A DNA stretch of 41,411 nucleotides from a virus (taxonomy: Duplodnaviria > Caudoviricetes), in IMG/VR virus record IMGVR_UViG_3300017540_000007, positions 1 through 41,411 of that record. One strand, given 5' to 3'. A program made the position numbers and the translations under genes. The notes beneath the pieces are model-generated. The model did not search any database. It was not told the DNA's origin and saw only the letters and a list, made by a program, of their open reading frames with translations. The number at the start of each line of letters is the position of its first letter. Position 1 is the first letter of the stretch. Below, one piece after another: positions 35,519 through 41,411 of the stretch.

Positions 35519-35547
35519 AGAGCAATCCTCCTTTGAGGGTGCTCTTT
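35519..35547 (+). terminator. Terminator-like hairpin after the moron
   Basis: AGAGCA(A)TCCTC-CTTT-GAGGGTGCTCTTT. Confidence 0.6.
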
Positions 35548-35575
35548 ATATCCTAAAAAATAGAGGTGAATCAAC

Positions 35576-37063
35576 TTGTTAATTGTCTCAAATATCGATG
35601 GCTCACAAGTTGAGCCTTTAACTCATCATCAAGGATTGAAAATAGAGGAAGAGGTAAATGGTAGCTTTACGTTATCGTTTACCTCTTTTAATGTTCCAGA
35701 GAATTATGGTCATGAAATTTTGCTTGAAGAATCATTTATTAGTGTGGAAGACCACGAATTTCGAGTGAAGCAATTAACGGAAAATCAATATTCAAAATCC
35801 GTTGTTGCCATCCACACTTTCTTTGATTTATCTGATGATCTTCGTGATGAGATTTTTGGTGGAACGCACACATTAAGTGAGTTTGCACAATTCATCTTTA
35901 ATGGTACTGGTTGGACATATACAACAAATATTACTGATAGTATGGTCATCGAAAACTTTGGTGAAGCAAATGTAATTACTCTTATTAATGCGTTGTGTAG
36001 TGCCTTTAAATGCGAATATCAGATATTGCCAAACAGGGTTGTACATTTTGCGTATCAGATTGGACCGGATAACGATGCGGTTTTTCGATATAAACATAAT
36101 GTGATTGCCTTATCTAAGAAAATTGATACAACGAAATTAAAGACGTACATTGAGGGTTATGGTGCAGATGGTTTAAAAGTGAGTTATACATCACCTAACG
36201 CTGCAACTTTCGGTATACGTAAAGCTGAACCAGTTTCAGACGATAGATTTACTCAAGCAAATAGTTTGTTGGAATATATAAAACCTCAGATTGTTGACAC
36301 ACCAGAGGTTGCTTTCGAGTTAGATACGGTTGATTTATTAATTAAAGATCTAGGTGAACGAGTTTGGTTAATATATGAGCCTATGAATGTTGAATTTCAA
36401 ACACGTATTTTGAAGCTAACTAAGGAAATTAGAAACGGCACAATAGCAACTATTTCGGTAGTTCTAGGCAACACATTACCTCAGTCAACAGAAGATTTAC
36501 TAGTCAGTCAAAAAGTTGAAATTGATCAAAATAAAAAAGAATATCAAACTAAATTCGACCAAACAAGTGAACGAATAACTATGGAAGTAGAAGCAGTAAA
36601 TGAATCAATAGCTACATTAGAAATCAAAGCTGATTCAATAGAAACGTCAGTAACTAATTTAGAGACTAATACAAATGCACGATTTACCGTAATGGCTGAT
36701 CAAATAACTTCAAAAGTAACAGCAGGTGAAGTAGAGTCTATTTTTTATCAAACAGCAAATTCTTTCGCATTTAGTGCTGAGCAAATCCTCTTCGATGGTC
36801 ACGTGTTCGGACAAGGTGCTACTTTTAGCGGTAATCTCCAAACATTACAAGATGTAAAAGTAGGAGCAAACATTGAAATGCAAGGTAATCAAGGTGGAAT
36901 CATTCGTTTTCCGGCGACAGGTTGTTGGATTGCAGCAGGGAATACAGGAAAAATGACGATTGAAACGTGGAATGGACTTTCTTTTGCAGGGCCAGGAGTG
37001 GACTTTAGTAATGTTACCGTTACATGGGGAGATCGTAATAGACCTGTAGCAGTTTGGGGGTAG
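35576..37063 (+). CDS. Tal-like baseplate hub (prophage tail endopeptidase family)
   Basis: EEVNGSFTLSF, FRYKHNV, TYIEGYG, YTSPNA..FGIR.AEPV.DDRFT. Confidence 0.9.
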   Translation: MLIVSNIDGSQVEPLTHHQGLKIEEEVNGSFTLSFTSFNVPENYGHEILLEESFISVEDHEFRVKQLTENQYSKSVVAIHTFFDLSDDLRDEIFGGTHTLSEFAQFIFNGTGWTYTTNITDSMVIENFGEANVITLINALCSAFKCEYQILPNRVVHFAYQIGPDNDAVFRYKHNVIALSKKIDTTKLKTYIEGYGADGLKVSYTSPNAATFGIRKAEPVSDDRFTQANSLLEYIKPQIVDTPEVAFELDTVDLLIKDLGERVWLIYEPMNVEFQTRILKLTKEIRNGTIATISVVLGNTLPQSTEDLLVSQKVEIDQNKKEYQTKFDQTSERITMEVEAVNESIATLEIKADSIETSVTNLETNTNARFTVMADQITSKVTAGEVESIFYQTANSFAFSAEQILFDGHVFGQGATFSGNLQTLQDVKVGANIEMQGNQGGIIRFPATGCWIAAGNTGKMTIETWNGLSFAGPGVDFSNVTVTWGDRNRPVAVWG

Positions 37064-37067
37064 TTAA

Positions 37068-38267
37068 ATGGGTGTACTTATATCAGACCGAACTCAGACC
37101 AGTATACAAGTTGAAATTAATGAGTTAGGGAAACCAGCTAACCAGTATTATAACTTCCGAGCGCAGATATACCATTATGCGACAGGTAGTTTCATAAGAG
37201 AAATCAACTGGACTTCTTCTGGAACTGGAAATCTTACTCGTAATACCTTCACTGGATTATCACCAGGAACCGAGTACATCGTTAACGCATGGGTAACATC
37301 TTTAGCGGGAGGGACAGAATACAACTGGGGTTCAGTTTATACATCGACATTAGCCCCATCATTACCGAAACCAGGTAATATCTCTTATGCGAGTTTAAAT
37401 ACGGTTTCTGAAAATCCGAATCAGCTACGTGCTAGTTTCGGAGCTGCTTCAAATGCAACAGAATATGATATTTACTTGTACAACGAAAATGGATACTATG
37501 CGTCTTACATTAGCTATTCCACAAGCTACACTTTCTCGTGGCTGCCAACAGGGTATAACTGGTACTATCAAGTGTACGGTTACAACTCGTCTGGATCCAG
37601 TAGTTCACCTGCTACATCGAACACTGTTAAGACGGTTGCACCAGATACGACCGCACCTACGATTACTTATCAAAGTGCAACAGGTATAGGTTTAATTAGT
37701 TTAGGTTGGATAGCTTACGATAATGATGGAGGAAGTGGTCTGAGGACAAGTAACCCTTTTAAACTATTTATCGGTACTGCAAATGGAAGTGAAAGTACAT
37801 TAGTACACACTGGATATACTGATAGCTATTCAGCAACATGGACTTTAGACGGCAACGGAAATGAGTTTATTGTTGGTTCGTGGTATTACGTAAGAGTAGA
37901 AGCTTTCGATAATAAAGATAACTATGGTACATTAACCTATCGTATACAATACAAGCGACAACGTCCAGCTGATTGGTCATGGGGAGTTACGATGACTACA
38001 GGACAAATCCTAAATATGACAGCGTCAAATTGGAATAATTTCACTACAAGGATTAATCAATTTAGATTTTATAAGGGATTAGCTGACTACAATTTCACAA
38101 CTGTTTATTCAGGAGGATTCATGATGGCTCATCAGGTAAACCAAGCTACTAATGCAATTGATGAGATGATTCCTACTTCCCCTCCTCCATCGTTAACATC
38201 ATCTGGAGTGGCTATAACTCCTATCAGGTTTACTTTATTGAGAGACAGTTTAAATTCAATTATATAA
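37068..38267 (+). CDS. Fibronectin-III repeat tail protein
   Basis: TFTGLSPGTEYIV, YTFSWLPTGYNWYYQVYGYN, PDTTAPT. Confidence 0.75.
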   Translation: MGVLISDRTQTSIQVEINELGKPANQYYNFRAQIYHYATGSFIREINWTSSGTGNLTRNTFTGLSPGTEYIVNAWVTSLAGGTEYNWGSVYTSTLAPSLPKPGNISYASLNTVSENPNQLRASFGAASNATEYDIYLYNENGYYASYISYSTSYTFSWLPTGYNWYYQVYGYNSSGSSSSPATSNTVKTVAPDTTAPTITYQSATGIGLISLGWIAYDNDGGSGLRTSNPFKLFIGTANGSESTLVHTGYTDSYSATWTLDGNGNEFIVGSWYYVRVEAFDNKDNYGTLTYRIQYKRQRPADWSWGVTMTTGQILNMTASNWNNFTTRINQFRFYKGLADYNFTTVYSGGFMMAHQVNQATNAIDEMIPTSPPPSLTSSGVAITPIRFTLLRDSLNSII

Positions 38268-38284
38268 AAAGGAGATTGATAGAT

Positions 38285-38467
38285 ATGGATTATCAAATTC
38301 AATTAAACAACGGACAAGCTATAAACATGAAAAGTGTAACTGATTTCGATGCAACAGCATTTACGCAAATGTTAAATAATCGTGAAATTACCTTTGTTAA
38401 TATCGCAGGAGCAATTTTAAATAAAAATTTAATTGCATCGATTACACCGACAACAACTCAAGCTTAA
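38285..38467 (+). CDS. Hypothetical small protein
   Basis: AAGGAG RBS; followed by a terminator. Confidence 0.7.
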   Translation: MDYQIQLNNGQAINMKSVTDFDATAFTQMLNNREITFVNIAGAILNKNLIASITPTTTQA

Positions 38468-38495
38468 GCCTTCCACAATAAAGTGGAGGGTTTTT
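38466..38495 (+). terminator. Intrinsic terminator
   Basis: AAGCCTTCCAC-AATAAA-GTGGAGGGTTTTT. Confidence 0.7.
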
Positions 38496-38518
38496 ATTAT
38501 GAAAAGGAGGAAAATGTA

Positions 38519-38752
38519 ATGGATGAACAAATCTTAAATATGTTTATGAAAGAGGGCGGATATGCTCTCCTTTTTGTATGGATGCTTTTCTCGACAATGA
38601 AAAATAACAAAGAAAGAGAAAAAGAGTATCAAGAGGTTATCAAACAGAATCAAGAAGTCATCTCAGAACAAGCCAAGGCATTTTCCTCTTTATCGAAAGA
38701 TGTATCTGAAATTAAACAGATCATTGTGGAAGATAAGAAAGGTGGGATTTAA
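38519..38752 (+). CDS. BhlA/UviB-family holin-like protein
   Basis: EGGYALLFVWMLF.TMK.NKERE..YQ.VI; AAGGAGG RBS. Confidence 0.88.
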   Translation: MDEQILNMFMKEGGYALLFVWMLFSTMKNNKEREKEYQEVIKQNQEVISEQAKAFSSLSKDVSEIKQIIVEDKKGGI

Positions 38753-39595
38753 GTGATTAAAGTCGGATTTGATGCAGGACATGGCATTAATACTCCAGGA
38801 AAATGCACACCGGATGGAGAACATGAATGGTCCTTTAATAATAAAGTAGCTCGTGCATTCGCAAATGAATTGGCATTATACGAAGGTGTAGCTTCAAAAC
38901 GTTACGATGATCCAACGGGTAAACGGGACGTACCATTAAAGGAACGTACAGATGGGGCAAATGCCTGGGGTGCAGATTACTATATTAGTTTCCATCACAA
39001 CGGATTAGCAGGGCAATGGGGCAATCATACAGGTATTGAAACATTCCATTATGCGGGTTCATCAAAAGGCCAAGCACTTGCAAAAGCTATCCATCCCTCT
39101 TTAGTTGCTGCTTACGGCTTAGAAGATAGAGGGCTAAAAACGAATAATTTGCATATTACTCGCGAGACAAAGATGCCCGCTATTCTTGTAGAAGGTGGGT
39201 TCATGGATAGTAGAATTGATATCGTGAAACTGCGAAATGATGAAATTTTAGAAAACGCGGGTAAAAGTGTGGCCAGAGCTTTTGCAAATTTCGTTTGCTT
39301 AAAGAGATCCGGCGAAGTAAAAGGAGTATCTACTACTAAGGGGGAATTAACTTTGGGGCAATACGAAGAATTGAAAAATATAATTAATACGCAAGCTGAA
39401 CGGATTGAAGTTCTAGAAGCACAAGTAAAAGCACAACAATTAAATGATACAGGGCGCTATTCATGTAAAGAACTAATTAAGAAAGCTGTCGCTGATGGGA
39501 CATTTAAATCAACACATCTTACAAAATTAGATAAATACTCAGACGGCGATCTAGAAAGTTATGCATTGACTTATGCAAATAATAAATTGAAGTAA
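38753..39595 (+). CDS. Endolysin, N-acetylmuramoyl-L-alanine amidase (Amidase_3)
   Basis: DAGHG, E..FN, ISFHHN, PAILVEGGFMD. Confidence 0.95.
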   Translation: MIKVGFDAGHGINTPGKCTPDGEHEWSFNNKVARAFANELALYEGVASKRYDDPTGKRDVPLKERTDGANAWGADYYISFHHNGLAGQWGNHTGIETFHYAGSSKGQALAKAIHPSLVAAYGLEDRGLKTNNLHITRETKMPAILVEGGFMDSRIDIVKLRNDEILENAGKSVARAFANFVCLKRSGEVKGVSTTKGELTLGQYEELKNIINTQAERIEVLEAQVKAQQLNDTGRYSCKELIKKAVADGTFKSTHLTKLDKYSDGDLESYALTYANNKLK

Positions 39596-39677
39596 CGGTT
39601 CAAATATTTATTTTGGAATAAACCATTGCATTCTCGTCTATAATTGGTAAAAATATAATAGATAGATGCATTTTTTA

Positions 39678-39709
39678 ACCGCCTTTTCACTTGTGGAGGG
39701 CGGTCTTTT
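39678..39709 (+). terminator. Terminator closing the lysis cassette
   Basis: ACCGCCTTTTCAC-TT-GTGGAGGGCGGT followed by CTTTT. Confidence 0.65.
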
Positions 39710-39809
39710 AGTGTTCCATTACTCCAAATATAAAAGGTGTTGGAATATTAGTATAATTATATATTTTATGGTATGATTTTTTTCGATTCAATCTAAAGGG
39801 GCCTAACAT

Positions 39810-40676
39810 ATGCTAAAAATACTTGCGAACAGCGAAATAAAGTATCTAATGGATGTGCATATTTTATTAAACCAGTTTAAAAATCGATTAAATAAATTTA
39901 AGGACAATGAGTCATTAATAGATTTATCAAATTTAACATTCGTTTCTCCCATTGGAGCTATCGCACTTTTACAACTATTCGAAGAAATTAATAATTTTGA
40001 TAAATGCAAAATAATACTTCCTAAAAATAGTGAAAATTTAGTTACTTATATTGAGCGTATGAATTTTTTTCACCATTGTCCAAAAGATATTGTTCATGAG
40101 TTCGAAAAAATATACGATATTACTAAGTTTTCTAAGAGAAGTAGAAATGATCAACGAAAAGTATTATTAGAAATTACCAAAATTGTCGATTATGATGATA
40201 TTGATATTCTATATGATAGCGTAGTGTATATTTTAAAAAGTCACGGTATGAAAAGCGCACAGATTGCTAAGATAGCTAATATATTTACAGAATTAGGGAC
40301 TAATATATTAGATCATAGTGGCAGCGCAGGTTACGCAGCAATTCAGTACTATCCTAGTTTTGATAAGATTATGATTGGTATTGCCGATAATGGGAGTGGG
40401 ATAGTTAAAGGCATTCGTGAAGTCGATGATGAATTAGACTCCGATTTAGAAGCAATTGAAAACGCATTTTCAGGAGGCTATACTTCTTCAACAGACATAG
40501 ATAGAGGCTGGGGATTAACAGACGCTAGGGATTACTCGTATGAAGACACTAAGCGGACTTCGTTTGAATTACGGACCCATAAAAGTCTGTATAGTGTAGG
40601 TAAAAATGAAATAGAATTAATCAGCGAAGATAGCTATTATCCTGGCACCTATTATTTGATTGAAATTGAATTTTAA
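39810..40676 (+). CDS. STAS-like + GHKL (HATPase_c) protein, SpoIIAB/RsbW-like kinase fold
   Basis: IDLSNLTFVSPIGAIAL; N box ELGTNILDHS; G1 DNGSGI; G2 RGWGL; G3 PGT. Confidence 0.85.
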   Translation: MLKILANSEIKYLMDVHILLNQFKNRLNKFKDNESLIDLSNLTFVSPIGAIALLQLFEEINNFDKCKIILPKNSENLVTYIERMNFFHHCPKDIVHEFEKIYDITKFSKRSRNDQRKVLLEITKIVDYDDIDILYDSVVYILKSHGMKSAQIAKIANIFTELGTNILDHSGSAGYAAIQYYPSFDKIMIGIADNGSGIVKGIREVDDELDSDLEAIENAFSGGYTSSTDIDRGWGLTDARDYSYEDTKRTSFELRTHKSLYSVGKNEIELISEDSYYPGTYYLIEIEF

Positions 40677-40684
40677 AAAGAGTA

Positions 40685-40746
40685 TTGACATTTAAAATAG
40701 TAATATATAAAATTAAATTAAAGGTTTCAAAAAAGAAATTGAAACC
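40685..40746 (+). promoter_or_regulatory. SigmaA promoter TTGACA-N17-TAAAAT with downstream inverted repeat GGTTTCAA-N8-TTGAAACC
   Basis: 40685-40713 and 40723-40746. Confidence 0.7.
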
Positions 40747-40780
40747 GACAATGTACAATATTCGGAAGGAGTGGGAGAAA

Positions 40781-41335
40781 ATGATTTTTGTCAAGTTTGA
40801 CCAATCTTCTTTAGATAATCAAAATTTGATTGTACGAAAAAAATTAATCCCTATTAGAGAAAGTATTATTTCTCAAATTGACTCATTCCCAAAAGGTACA
40901 GTTTTTTGTTATGATTTTTCTAAAATTGAGGGAATTAATGGTTCAGGTGTAGATGAAATAATCTCTAAAGTAATGAAGCACTTAATTGGAACCGAGGACA
41001 AATTCTTATTCTTAGAACATTTAAGAGAAGATTACTATGAACACAGATATAACATTGATAGCTTCTTAAAAAACCGTTCTAAAATTGGAATAGTTGAAAA
41101 GACTGCTGAAGGACATAATTTCTTAGGTGATATTTCAGATACTCAAAAGGAAATATTAAATTATGTTTATCTAAATAAACAAACTACTGCTAGAAATATT
41201 GCTGATGAATTTGGTAAAAAACTTTCTTTAGTAAGTACTCATCTAAATTCCTTATACAAAAACCGCTGGATTCAACGTTTTGAAGAAAACTTAGAAGATG
41301 GTGGTAGGCAGTTCATTTACAAGAGTCTATTTTGA
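40781..41335 (+). CDS. STAS-like (DUF4325-like) + winged-HTH regulator
   Basis: YDFSKIEGINGSGVDEII; QKEILNYV..TARNIADEFG..LSLVSTHLNSLYK..WIQR..GGRQFIY; AAGGAG/GGGAG RBS before ATG 40781. Confidence 0.82.
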   Translation: MIFVKFDQSSLDNQNLIVRKKLIPIRESIISQIDSFPKGTVFCYDFSKIEGINGSGVDEIISKVMKHLIGTEDKFLFLEHLREDYYEHRYNIDSFLKNRSKIGIVEKTAEGHNFLGDISDTQKEILNYVYLNKQTTARNIADEFGKKLSLVSTHLNSLYKNRWIQRFEENLEDGGRQFIYKSLF

Positions 41336-41352
41336 GGAGAAATCCTCTTTTT
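41334..41352 (+). terminator. Short terminator-like hairpin
   Basis: GAGGA-GAAA-TCCTC-TTTTT. Confidence 0.5.
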
Positions 41353-41399
41353 AAATCGAACGATTTCAATTTATTTTTTGAAAACGAGGTGACTAAAAA

Positions 41400-41411
41400 T
41401 TGGGAAATAAA
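41400..41411 (+). CDS. Start of the next gene (truncated)
   Basis: GAGGTG RBS then TTG GGA AAT AAA at the window edge. Confidence 0.4.

Larger units (their letters stand above)
1..41411. mobile_element. Temperate siphovirus prophage (ends outside the window)
   Basis: Complete lysogeny-replication-packaging-head-tail-lysis gene order. Confidence 0.95.

Noticed and set aside
31261-38267. Diversity-generating retroelement or invertible fibre cassette
   Set aside because: No reverse transcriptase or invertase, and no TR/VR or inverted repeat pair seen
39615-39640. ECF-like promoter GGAAT..CGTCTA
   Set aside because: Single weak match just upstream of a terminator; no cognate sigma factor or target evident
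40685-40780. TTG start of the 216-aa ORF
   Set aside because: The TTG is the -35 hexamer TTGACA; the RBS supports ATG 40781

Overview
A nearly complete temperate siphovirus (prophage) of a low-GC Bacillota host, probably Bacillales, with SPP1/PBSX-type head genes. Integrase and att sites are not in the window. Left to right: a truncated AT-rich accessory gene; the genetic switch (XRE repressor and divergent Cro with five 17-bp operators); antirepressor; recombination/replication module (Rad50-like ATPase, Bet/RecT, MBL nuclease, replisome organizer with ori iterons, DnaC-like loader, SSB, dUTPase, RusA); late activator and a structured leader/moron zone (15.7-17.4 kb); terminase, portal, head and tail genes with an unusual Dit-BppU/fibre-moron-Tal order; holin-amidase; and a right-end STAS-GHKL kinase / STAS-wHTH module. 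Best leads: (1) a Tad2-like (DUF2829) anti-defence sponge that carries the same LDIQxFA Prp-type leader as the scaffold and capsid; (2) the STAS-kinase + STAS-wHTH pair with a repeated TTTCAA-N8-TTGAAA operator; (3) a proteasome-beta-like Ntn-hydrolase moron apparently starting at ATC; (4) a canonical -1 frameshift cassette that would unmask the SSB DDLPF tip; (5) three tiny antisense transcription units; (6) an unannotated Spo0E-like phosphatase gene and small toxin-like peptides. All family calls come from motif recognition by eye; no searches were run.
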